Assembly: GCA_035479795.1 (NCBI GenBank) | Contig: DATIII010000001.1 | Coordinates: forward strand, 7,087 to 71,086 | Direction: 5' to 3' | Length of the DNA stretch: 64,000 nucleotides | Source of the DNA: Candidatus Saccharimonadales bacterium | GTDB lineage: Bacteria; Patescibacteriota; Saccharimonadia; UBA4664; SCTI01 | Shown: in pieces, positions 21,138-29,699 of the stretch | Layout of the letters: every line of letters begins with the position of its first letter | Numbering within the stretch: position 1 is the first letter of the stretch | Program-made: the position numbers and the translations under genes | Notes under the pieces: model-generated | Database searches by the model: none | What the model was told of the DNA's origin: nothing | What the model saw: the letters and a program-made list of their open reading frames with translations, nothing else

Positions 21138-21527
21138 CTAGCCGGCCATGGCGGTGTGGCGCTCGAACCGGATGAGACTGCGAGATGGATCGATCTCCCC
21201 CTCCTGGTTGCAGGCAAGGTCGATGACCACGAAGAGCTCGTGGTCGAGGCGGGCCCGCGCGGCCACGCGGTAGAGAGTCCAGTTCTGAGTCCAGGTGGCC
21301 TTCTTGACCTCGATCTTCTCGATGTCATACGGCCCAACGTCAGAACTGGGGGCAGCCTTGCCGGGCTTGACCTCGAACTCAGCAAGGCGGAGGATTCCGA
21401 CGGCCCAGCTGAATGCCAGGTGATCGAAAGCCACCACCAGCTCAGTGTCGAACTCCCTGGGCTCCACTTGCCGAAAGTCGGCAAAGGTGACAGCAACTGT
21501 CTTTGCTGCAACTGCGGTTCCCGTCAT
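21138..21527 (-). CDS. Orphan protein (129 aa), cassette 2
   Basis: SD AAGGAG; weak similarity to 21673-22044; enclosed by inverted repeats. Confidence 0.7.
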   Translation of the reverse strand: MTGTAVAAKTVAVTFADFRQVEPREFDTELVVAFDHLAFSWAVGILRLAEFEVKPGKAAPSSDVGPYDIEKIEVKKATWTQNWTLYRVAARARLDHELFVVIDLACNQEGEIDPSRSLIRFERHTAMAG

Positions 21528-21672
21528 GTCTTACTCCTTGTCGCAATGGACCGGCGGTGGTTGTAGTGGGCTGATTAATCGGGTTAAGGTGCTTGGGTTA
21601 TCATTCTAACCTGACCAATCAGCCGATATGGGATTTACGGGGGCTCTTTCGAGCCCCCGCTCCCCACTGCAA

Positions 21673-22044
21673 CTACCGAAAATCGATGGTGGCCTCTTCG
21701 AGCTCCTTGTCATCCTCTGAGAAAGTGAGGCGAAGCCGAATGGAGCCACGCGGGCCGGCGGCGTGAACGACGTAGTAGATCTTGGTTCCGGCATTGAGCC
21801 AATCGGTGACCTGCACCTGAACCGAGACCACGCAATATGCGTTCTGCTCGTGATAGGGGTACTGTTCCCGTGGAGCGTTGCCGTGAATGACGGTGAAGTT
21901 GTCCGCCCGCCGAAGGCGGCCGATGAACTGGCCAAAGGCCTGCCGGTTGAACTTCACCAAGATGGGCTCCTCGCCAATCCTGAATTCCCTACCAGATTCA
22001 GCGAACTGAACCGGTACTTCTACCTGCTCTTTGATCTGGGACAA
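21673..22044 (-). CDS. Orphan protein (123 aa), cassette 1
   Basis: SD GAGGAG plus TTG start; V.FA..REF...LV.F...AF...G.LR.A.F.V..G pattern shared with cassette 2. Confidence 0.7.
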   Translation of the reverse strand: MSQIKEQVEVPVQFAESGREFRIGEEPILVKFNRQAFGQFIGRLRRADNFTVIHGNAPREQYPYHEQNAYCVVSVQVQVTDWLNAGTKIYYVVHAAGPRGSIRLRLTFSEDDKELEEATIDFR

Positions 22045-22108
22045 GACAGCTCCTCGACTGTCGGGTGTTTACAGTGGGCTGATTAATCGGGTTATTTAAG
22101 GTTCTAAA

Positions 22109-22162
22109 TGCAGTTTCGCTGTTTCCAGCTCATCAGATAAGATACCACATCTTATGACTGCA
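22109..22162 (-). ncRNA. Hammerhead ribozyme, type III
   Basis: UGCAG-UC^AUAAGAU-gugguu-like loop(GUGGU)-AUCUUAU-CUGAUGA-GCUG-gaaa-CAGC-GAAA-CUGCA; all core nucleotides and three perfect stems present. Confidence 0.9.
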
Positions 22163-22168
22163 CCGGGA

Positions 22169-22453
22169 TTAAGGCTCCCGGCGGCCTGTTGGGGTTCGAA
22201 CCCGCCTGGAAAGTGAGCCGCTGTACATCACGATTGCGAACAGCAACCAACTCACCACGAAGGGTGCGATGTTGTTGATCGCCGCCGTGAGCAGCGCGGC
22301 CAGTGCGAGCAGCATCCAAGCGATCACCTCATGCGAGGCGGCGAAGAATGCGTGGCCCGCTCGGTGTGCCCTGATAGCGGCCGGAATGAGTGTCATCACC
22401 CATATCCCAAGACCGAGGGCTACATCCAGTGCCAGAGTCTGCAAAGTTCTCAA
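22169..22453 (-). CDS. Orphan small membrane protein (about 3 TM)
   Basis: Hydrophobic segments; exact start uncertain; multi-hairpin leader. Confidence 0.55.
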   Translation of the reverse strand: MRTLQTLALDVALGLGIWVMTLIPAAIRAHRAGHAFFAASHEVIAWMLLALAALLTAAINNIAPFVVSWLLFAIVMYSGSLSRRVRTPTGRREP

Positions 22454-22570
22454 CTCCTAGGTGCTTCGACAGTTGAGCTGTCGAACCTCACCAGCCATTT
22501 GGCCAGCTGCTACACCTTTCGGTGCCTCCACCCTATCTGAGGGTATGATGAATATAATAGCATAAGTGCT

Positions 22571-23245
22571 TTAAATTGTCAATAGGTGATCAGGTAGAGA
22601 TACGGTTGTCATGTCTGGTAAGTTCTGAGCGTTTTTAACGTCAAAATCACCTATTTTTGTGCGTCGCAGATTAGATAGATAGGCCCCTACTTTTAGGGAT
22701 TCACCAATATCCTCAGCCAGGGTACGGATGTATGTTCCAGATGACACATGGGCCGTAAACCTAACCACGGGGTACTTGTAACTCGTGACTTGCAACTTAT
22801 GAACAAACACATTCCGACTGGGCATATGAAAACTCTGGCCCCTGCGCGCCAGCTTATAGGCTTCCACGCCACCAATTTTGATAGCCGAGTATTTAGAAGG
22901 GGTTTGACGAATTTCACCCACGAATTGGGCTGCAGCCAGTTCTATCGCTCCTTGAGACGGCTGATTATCAGACACAGCTGTAATCTCCCCCTCGGCGTCT
23001 CCAGTGGTGCTGACGGCACCTAAGGTCATCTCGGCTTCGTAAACCTTATCTAGCCCCACAAATTCCGGGGCTTTCTTGGTATAGCTGCCGAAAAGCATCA
23101 GCATTAACCCTGTCGCCATCGGATCAAGTGTGCCGGTGTGGCCGATTTTTCGCACACCCGTAGATTTGCGCAGCCGGCGGATAATATCAAAGGAGGTAAT
23201 GTCGGTCGGCTTATCTATCAGCAGCAGGCCGTTATGTGTTTCCAT
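22571..23245 (-). CDS. truB: tRNA pseudouridine(55) synthase
   Basis: IDKP, KIGHTGTLDPMATG, SSGTYIRTL. Confidence 0.95.
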   Translation of the reverse strand: METHNGLLLIDKPTDITSFDIIRRLRKSTGVRKIGHTGTLDPMATGLMLMLFGSYTKKAPEFVGLDKVYEAEMTLGAVSTTGDAEGEITAVSDNQPSQGAIELAAAQFVGEIRQTPSKYSAIKIGGVEAYKLARRGQSFHMPSRNVFVHKLQVTSYKYPVVRFTAHVSSGTYIRTLAEDIGESLKVGAYLSNLRRTKIGDFDVKNAQNLPDMTTVSLPDHLLTI

Positions 23246-23324
23246 ACTGCCTATCATGTCATGCTGAACTCGTTTCGGCATCTTCAAAGATCCTTCGACT
23301 CCGCTCAGGATGACGGTTGCGGGG

Positions 23325-24662
23325 TTACTCCAGGCGCATGGCGAACAGCGGGTTGTTAGCCGGGTTGGACGCCTTGCGTTGGACGATGCGGCCCTCGGAG
23401 GTGGGGCTTTCTAATGGGTTGCGAACCTTGGTCTGTCGGCTGGCGGATTCTTCGGCTGGAGCGTCATTAATCAGAGGTTCTGGGTCATCAGAAAGCGCGA
23501 TTTGCTCAGGATGAACCTGTGGAGTCTCAGGCTCATCATCCATTTCAATATGAGTTGGGGGCAATAACTGCTCCATAACCGGCTCAGTGGAAACCACTGC
23601 GGTCTCACGCTGATCAACTTCTGGAAACTGTAGTTCGGCAACAGGTTCAGCAACCGATGAAGCTTCGTCATTGCGAAGAACCTGGGACGAAGCAATCTCA
23701 GAGATTGCCGCGCTATGCTCGCGGGTGACAGGATTAGTTATTGGTTCTGGTACTGGAGCAATTTCAGGAACCTGAGAGATAACTTCAGTCACTGGTTCTG
23801 CCTGCTTAACAGGTTCGGGAGTGGCTTCGCTTCTTCGCATCTCCTGCTTAGGAGCCTCTTTCTTGGCTTCATGCTGCTGAGGCTTATCTGATTTTTGAGA
23901 TTTATTATCGCGGTACAGACCCCTTATCACTTGTTGCTGATCGGCGCCCATGGCCATCATTTGAGCAGCCACGGTCAGTGCCTTGGGTGTGGTGTGTGCG
24001 GCAGTAAAACGATCAGTGGAAGCAATAATGCCAGCGAGCATGGCAGTGGCAATTGGGCCGTCAACCAAGCCGGTCTGCAATGATTCGCTAAGCGCAATCA
24101 GGATCTCGCTCAGTGAAGCCGCCGTGGTTTCTACTAGGTTAATAGCGCCATACTGCTCGTTGGAGCGATGGAAGTCGATATTAATAATTGGCACATTAGT
24201 AAGCACCTGCTGATTCTGAGCAAGCACCCTATCAACCCGGCTGTAAGAAGCCACACCGAGCACAATTACCAGGTCAAAGTGGAAGTCACCATAAGCAAAG
24301 CTGACGTCACTATTCCTGAAGCCACCTGAAAACGGCGTCACATGAACATTTAGCTTGTTGTTTTCTATGGTGTACTTGATCTTGTCGACTTCGCTGCGGC
24401 TCAAATCAACCTGCATGATGAAGTCACGCAGGCCATCTAGCTTAGGCTCGATCAGGTCGGTGGGCAGGAACTTAACCCCGGCTGGCAGGTCGTCGGTAAT
24501 AACTGCAGTCGTCTTTTTGCCAAACTTGTGCAGAATGGCGCTAAGAGCAATAGTCGAAGCCACCTGGTCGACACTGGGGTGCTGACCGGTGAGAATGAGG
24601 ATGGATTCGGCTTGGCGAATGGCCTCAGACGTCTGTTGTTTTGGGGTTAATTCTCTATCCAT
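23325..24662 (-). CDS. DHH/NrnA-like phosphoesterase-family protein with long acidic disordered tail
   Basis: INIDFHRSNEQYG, AGIIASTDRF; catalytic motifs look degenerate; adjacent to truB. Confidence 0.7.
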   Translation of the reverse strand: MDRELTPKQQTSEAIRQAESILILTGQHPSVDQVASTIALSAILHKFGKKTTAVITDDLPAGVKFLPTDLIEPKLDGLRDFIMQVDLSRSEVDKIKYTIENNKLNVHVTPFSGGFRNSDVSFAYGDFHFDLVIVLGVASYSRVDRVLAQNQQVLTNVPIINIDFHRSNEQYGAINLVETTAASLSEILIALSESLQTGLVDGPIATAMLAGIIASTDRFTAAHTTPKALTVAAQMMAMGADQQQVIRGLYRDNKSQKSDKPQQHEAKKEAPKQEMRRSEATPEPVKQAEPVTEVISQVPEIAPVPEPITNPVTREHSAAISEIASSQVLRNDEASSVAEPVAELQFPEVDQRETAVVSTEPVMEQLLPPTHIEMDDEPETPQVHPEQIALSDDPEPLINDAPAEESASRQTKVRNPLESPTSEGRIVQRKASNPANNPLFAMRLE

Positions 24663-24829
24663 ATTGGTGTCCACCTTTGGGCGAATGGATAATCGTAGCA
24701 AAAACTGCCAGATCTGTCAAGGTGATTTGACAATGCTTATGTTTTGGCGGAGCCAAAACACGGCCGGAGGAATGCTCACCTCCTCACTGCTTTACAAACC
24801 TGGTGGCGTCCTGTATAGTCTCTTTCGTT

Positions 24830-25162
24830 ATGCCGATTATTAAATCCGCAATTAAACGGGTGCGCCAAGCGGCCAAACGCCGTAGTCGTAACCTACAAAT
24901 TAAGCGAGCCATCCACCGCGATGTGCGCGCCTTTACCGATGCTGTAGCTGCCGGTGACGCCAAATCCGTCAACACTACCCTCAGCGAGGCGGTTTCGGAA
25001 ATTGACCGCGCGGTAAAGAAGGGTACGATGCACAAAAATACTGCCGGGCGCCGTAAATCAGCTCTACAAAAGCAAGCCAATACCGTATCTGCCCCCAAGA
25101 AGTCCGCTTCCAAGCCCAAAGCTGCTGCTAAACCGGCTGCCAAGAAAACTTCCACAAAGTAA
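24830..25162 (+). CDS. rpsT: 30S ribosomal protein S20
   Basis: KSAIKRVRQ, IDRAVKKGTMHKNTAGRRKS. Confidence 0.95.
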   Translation: MPIIKSAIKRVRQAAKRRSRNLQIKRAIHRDVRAFTDAVAAGDAKSVNTTLSEAVSEIDRAVKKGTMHKNTAGRRKSALQKQANTVSAPKKSASKPKAAAKPAAKKTSTK

Positions 25163-25226
25163 CCCGCCAACCGGCGGGTCTTTTGTTTCGCAATACTGGT
25201 AGCTGGCCACTGGAACCTGGTAACTT

Positions 25227-25421
25227 ATGTATATGACTCCCTCAGATCCCCAGGCTAAACTCCACGACGTCGCCTCCGAGCTAGCTGAGCACGTCAGCCT
25301 GCTGCGCGATTATGCCACCACTCCTGGAAATGTCTGGCTGGCACGCGGCGAGCTCGGCCGAATTCAAGAATTGGCCGTTGAGATCGAGAAACTTCTGGAA
25401 CAAATTAAAACCGAATCTTAG
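25227..25421 (+). CDS. Hypothetical small helical protein
   Basis: 64-aa ORF filling gap, protein-like composition. Confidence 0.5.
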   Translation: MYMTPSDPQAKLHDVASELAEHVSLLRDYATTPGNVWLARGELGRIQELAVEIEKLLEQIKTES

Positions 25422-26365
25422 CGGGTCGCTTGCTGGTTCGCCGACTGACTAGTTTTTAAAATTAGCTGCTCCACCAGGGGTTCTGCAGCGCCCTCGCCAC
25501 TTTTAATCTTATATTCGGTATCAACCGCGGCCACAAAGGCAGCTTTAAGGGTTTCTTCGCTGAACAAATGCCGCTTATTTAACATTTTGCCAGCCACGAA
25601 TGGTGACATCCCCGCGTCCCGGGCCAGCTGTGGAGCGGTAATTTTACCGGCCACCTTAGCGACAAGCAGATTGCGGAGCTGCCATTGGATCATCGAGAGC
25701 ATATACATCTCGCTGACCTTGGCGATAAGCAGATCTCGATAAACCCCAATGGCTTTTTCGGCCTGGCCGGCCGTCATGGCTTCCACCAGGTCAAAAATTG
25801 TCTCATTATGTCCTTGCTCTACCATCTCAGCAACTGACTGGACATTGATGTGCTGGCTATAATCCACTAGCTTGGCAATCTCATTGGACAGCCGCCACTG
25901 ATCTTCGCCGGCTCGATCCAATAACGATTCAATGGCTGCCGGATCAATCTCCCCTCCCTGTCGCGATACCTCAGCTTTAATCCATTGATGCAACTTTGTG
26001 CTGGAAAGCGGTTCAAACTTCACTGTGCGGGCGGCCGTCGATAGATTTTTAAAATAGGTGGTGCGCTGATCGACACTGGGGTCATAAAAAACCGCAACGG
26101 TTGTCTCAGGTATGTTGTCTATAAATTGCTCCGCCTTTGGAGCCAAAGATTTGTTGGTACCCAGATCTTCAATGATCACCAGCCGGCTGGTTGCTAAAAA
26201 AGGTGCAGCTTGCAAGCTAGCTTTAAGATCTGCGGCGGCTGCAGAGGGTCCGTCGATTCGCTCGAGCCCGGTGTCACCTCCGGTTTTTTTGATATACCCC
26301 GCGCGCATTTTAGCCAGCTGCTGCCGCGCTTCATAGGTGTTGGGGCCGTAAAAGAAAAAGATCAT
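25418..26365 (-). CDS. holA: DNA polymerase III delta subunit
   Basis: FFYGPN, PFLATSRLVII, LSNEIAKL, IFDLVEA, IKSG. Confidence 0.9.
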   Translation of the reverse strand: MIFFFYGPNTYEARQQLAKMRAGYIKKTGGDTGLERIDGPSAAAADLKASLQAAPFLATSRLVIIEDLGTNKSLAPKAEQFIDNIPETTVAVFYDPSVDQRTTYFKNLSTAARTVKFEPLSSTKLHQWIKAEVSRQGGEIDPAAIESLLDRAGEDQWRLSNEIAKLVDYSQHINVQSVAEMVEQGHNETIFDLVEAMTAGQAEKAIGVYRDLLIAKVSEMYMLSMIQWQLRNLLVAKVAGKITAPQLARDAGMSPFVAGKMLNKRHLFSEETLKAAFVAAVDTEYKIKSGEGAAEPLVEQLILKTSQSANQQATR

Positions 26366-26697
26366 TTCTCGTAATGATCATACTTATGATGCTTACCCTT
26401 CACCTTTTCGACGGGGTACTTGGCCGCATTCTTATCTAGCTTCGATCTAAGCTCGGCGGCAATATCAAACCCGGCGTCATGAGCGAACAGCAGCAGGGCG
26501 TACAACACATCAGCCGCCTCTTCACGCATGGCTACCGGATTGTCTGGATGCTCAGACCAGCGAAAGTGCTCCAGCAACTCCCCGGCTTCAACGCTAATAT
26601 TGGCGGCCATATTCTTTGGGGTATGGAACTGCTTCCAATCTCGCTCATCACGATAGCTTATGATCTCCTCAGTCAGTTTTTGGATTGAATCCGACAT
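26362..26697 (-). CDS. MazG-like nucleotide pyrophosphohydrolase
   Basis: ERDWKQFHTPKN, EAGELLE, EEAADV, NAAKYP. Confidence 0.9.
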   Translation of the reverse strand: MSDSIQKLTEEIISYRDERDWKQFHTPKNMAANISVEAGELLEHFRWSEHPDNPVAMREEAADVLYALLLFAHDAGFDIAAELRSKLDKNAAKYPVEKVKGKHHKYDHYEK

Positions 26698-26701
26698 GGC
26701 T

Positions 26702-27592
26702 TTATTTTACTCCAGCCTGCGGGGCCTTCTGGCATTTGGGGCACAGATGCGTGCCCCGTCCAGCCACCCGGGTTTTTATAATTACGGTCCCGCAAACTGG
26801 ACAGGTCAGCCCCTGCCGGCGAAACACCCGAGCTGACCTGAGATAATCACCTTTGCCGCCCAGAGCATTCACATAGTGCGTAAAGCTCGTGCCGCCATGT
26901 TCAACGCCGAGAGCAATGATGGTCTTAATAGCCTCATACAAGCTCTTTACCTCAGCTGGCTTCAAGCTGCCAGCGAGCCGAGCGGGATGAATTTTCGCCA
27001 AATGCAGAGACTCATCAGCATAGATGTTACCGACACCGGAAACCGTCGATTGATCGAGAATAACGGCCTTAATTGGTGAACCGCCACGACGCTTTAAAAT
27101 TGCTGCAAAGGGTTTAAGCTCAAAAGCTTCGGTCAGTGGCTCTGGACCCAGTCTAGCGATTAGTGAGTCGCGGATAACATCCTGCGTTTCAACTAATTTA
27201 ACCCAACCAAACTTGCGCTGGTCGTTAAAAAATATTCGGCTTCCGTCACTTAGGCTAAAAACCGCGCGAGTGGAATTATCAGGTAGCTCCCGCGCCATAC
27301 TCTCACTGGGGTGGCCACCGGCGAAGCGCGGTCCGCTCTTGGGCGCCCAGACGATCTGGCCAGTCATTTTCAAATGAAAAAGCAGGCTGTGGTCGCTGCT
27401 GAGATTGATGATTAATACCTTGGCCCGACGTTCCAGCGATTCAATCTTTGCCCCGATTACATATTTGTCGATATCCTCACCCGGATACGGAAACGACTTG
27501 CCGAAGAGAACTTCGACATCGGTAATTTTTAGGCCTACAACTTTTTGCTGCAGACCCGCCCGAATAGTCTCAACTTCTGGCAACTCCGGCAT
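26702..27592 (-). CDS. mutM: Formamidopyrimidine-DNA glycosylase
   Basis: MPELPEVET, HLKMTG, GVGNIYADE, C-terminal Zn finger. Confidence 0.97.
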   Translation of the reverse strand: MPELPEVETIRAGLQQKVVGLKITDVEVLFGKSFPYPGEDIDKYVIGAKIESLERRAKVLIINLSSDHSLLFHLKMTGQIVWAPKSGPRFAGGHPSESMARELPDNSTRAVFSLSDGSRIFFNDQRKFGWVKLVETQDVIRDSLIARLGPEPLTEAFELKPFAAILKRRGGSPIKAVILDQSTVSGVGNIYADESLHLAKIHPARLAGSLKPAEVKSLYEAIKTIIALGVEHGGTSFTHYVNALGGKGDYLRSARVFRRQGLTCPVCGTVIIKTRVAGRGTHLCPKCQKAPQAGVK

Positions 27593-27595
27593 AGG

Positions 27596-28567
27596 CTACT
27601 CCTTGGCTAGGATGTCGTGGTAAACATTGAAGGCCGCCGTCAGAATCAGCACAACCGGAATGGCCAGCAGAATCCCAATGAAGCCGGCCAGTTTGGCACC
27701 GATCATGAAACTTAAGATCACGGCCAGCGGATGCAGATTGACAGCCTCGCTCATTATCTTCGGTGCCAGCAGGTTCGATTCAGCAGTTTGGACTATGGCG
27801 TAGGTGATGAAAACGGCCAAACCCATGCCGGGAGAAATACTCATACCAAGTACGAAGGCTGGAATGGCCGCTAGAATTGGTCCGAGGAACGGAACTATTT
27901 CCAGTAGGCCGGCCAGGACACCTAGCACCACTGCGAAAGGCAGCCCAATAAAGCTGTAGGCAGAGGCCACCACAACGCCGACCACCAGCGAGAGAATAAT
28001 CTGGCCGCGGACCCACGCCTGTACCTGATGCTCGGCCTTGGTGCTAAGCTCGCGGACGTGCTTACGGTGCTTTTTCTCCAGGAAATTTATGAGCGAATGC
28101 TTGATCTTGTGGTAGTCGATCAGCCAATACAGGCTAAAGAACAGGACAACGGCTAAGAATCCCAGGAATGAAGCGGCACCAAAGGTGGCTGTAATAATAG
28201 CTTGGCCGGAATTTGTGGCTATCTCCTGAGTATTGGCGTGCAAGTGATACTTTTGCGAGAGCTGATGAGCCACATCTGGAGCAGCCGCTAGTAACGCCTC
28301 AGCCTGCTGCAGCAGCTTTGGCATGACCAGACTGATCAGCCAGGCGATGGACAGAACTGAGACGGTGAGCGGTGTGACAGCCGCCAGCCAACGGCGCACG
28401 CCCTGCTGCTCCAGCCAGTCCACCACTGGAAGTAGTGATAAGGTCAGCAGCATGGCCAACAAGATGACCAGGATAACATCACGGAAGAACCATGCCAGTG
28501 CAAAGCTGATTATAATCAGGGCCAAGGCTGATACGGGATGCCCGGTTATTTTTCGTAAAGCCACCAT
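27596..28567 (-). CDS. AI-2E family transporter
   Basis: Multi-TM; VPFLGP, ESNLLAPKIM, LHPL, GILLAIP. Confidence 0.9.
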   Translation of the reverse strand: MVALRKITGHPVSALALIIISFALAWFFRDVILVILLAMLLTLSLLPVVDWLEQQGVRRWLAAVTPLTVSVLSIAWLISLVMPKLLQQAEALLAAAPDVAHQLSQKYHLHANTQEIATNSGQAIITATFGAASFLGFLAVVLFFSLYWLIDYHKIKHSLINFLEKKHRKHVRELSTKAEHQVQAWVRGQIILSLVVGVVVASAYSFIGLPFAVVLGVLAGLLEIVPFLGPILAAIPAFVLGMSISPGMGLAVFITYAIVQTAESNLLAPKIMSEAVNLHPLAVILSFMIGAKLAGFIGILLAIPVVLILTAAFNVYHDILAKE

Positions 28568-28905
28568 TACTTTTATAGGATACAGAATCTATAACGTCAT
28601 TGCGAGGAGCGGTAGCGACGCGGCAATCCACCAAGTTGTCATCCTGAGCGAAGTCGAAGGATCCTTAGAGCCACCCGCTCTCCGGACGCGCCATCCCTAC
28701 CTACCATCGGTATTTCTGCCGTACGCACCTAGCCTTTCCCTCTGGCATAGGCGCTCTATTGTATTTTAATCAAGCTGCTACAGAGGCAGTGTTGTGTAGC
28801 CGCTATTTCAATAACTGCTATCACGCGCTAGCTTACCTATGACCAGTGGGTAAGGCTCTTTGGTTTTGATTTCCTGATCCTCAATTCCGAATCCTGGATC
28901 CTGTT

Positions 28906-29622
28906 CTAAAATTCATCCTTGGTATAGCGATGGATTTCTTCCACAAAGAGCTCGGGGCGGTTGCCGAGCAACATGTCCAGCTCGGTTTCAAAGCTGGTGT
29001 AGCGCTTTTCGAGCGCCCGAGCTTCATCGGCCGTCATCCACTTGTTAATTCCGCCTTCAAACTTCTCCATCAGCTCACCTCTTGGATTCGTACAGTGCAC
29101 CACAAAGAACATTTTGTCCTCCACCGCTTCGTCTTCGCCCTCTAAAAAGGTGTGTTCATGATAGAGGCCGGCGATCCGGTAATCGGCGCTCAAACCCGTC
29201 TCCTCTTCCAGTTCGCGATCGGCTGTTTCGGTAATGGTCTCACCCCAGCGGATCTTACCCGATGGGAAGCCCCAGTAGCCAAAGTAGGGGTTCTTGGTTC
29301 GTTGCTGAAACAATATCTCGGTGCGGCCATCAATCTCACGCTCAATCGCCAGCAACACCGCTACCTTGGGCTGCCGTTCAATTTTGCGCTCATCAGTATC
29401 GAGCTTGTTGGCATACTCCTTGCCCTTGTGCGTTAGGCGATATTTACCCCTCTCAACCTTTTCCACCAGGTTTAAGTCAACCAGCCGCTGGATATGGAAA
29501 TTAAAATGATCGCTAGACAGTCCCGTGGGCTTTTGCAGCTCGGCGTAGCCAGCATGCAAGACGAATAAGAGCTCCCGCAAAATGCTGGTTTGGGCTTCGT
29601 GAATTTTGGATTCGTGGCTCAT
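28906..29622 (-). CDS. Winged-HTH plus NUDIX hydrolase
   Basis: N-terminal HTH; Nudix box GKIRWGETITETADRELEEETG. Confidence 0.85.
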   Translation of the reverse strand: MSHESKIHEAQTSILRELLFVLHAGYAELQKPTGLSSDHFNFHIQRLVDLNLVEKVERGKYRLTHKGKEYANKLDTDERKIERQPKVAVLLAIEREIDGRTEILFQQRTKNPYFGYWGFPSGKIRWGETITETADRELEEETGLSADYRIAGLYHEHTFLEGEDEAVEDKMFFVVHCTNPRGELMEKFEGGINKWMTADEARALEKRYTSFETELDMLLGNRPELFVEEIHRYTKDEF

Positions 29623-29699
29623 GAGGCAAAAACTCCGTTCTCACCTCGAATGTACTTAAGTTTAGCTACCTAAAAAAGTAAAGTCGACTTTAGTTGGGT

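Noticed and set aside
21073-22094. Integron attC cassettes or CRISPR repeats
   Set aside because: No integrase or cas genes, no clear RYYYAAC/GTTRRRY attC structure, only two units, and variation fits RNA pairing
22454-22530. Possible hammerhead (CUGGUGA...GAAG) in the leader of the membrane ORF
   Set aside because: Two core positions are wrong, stem I is not adjacent, and simple local hairpins explain the sequence
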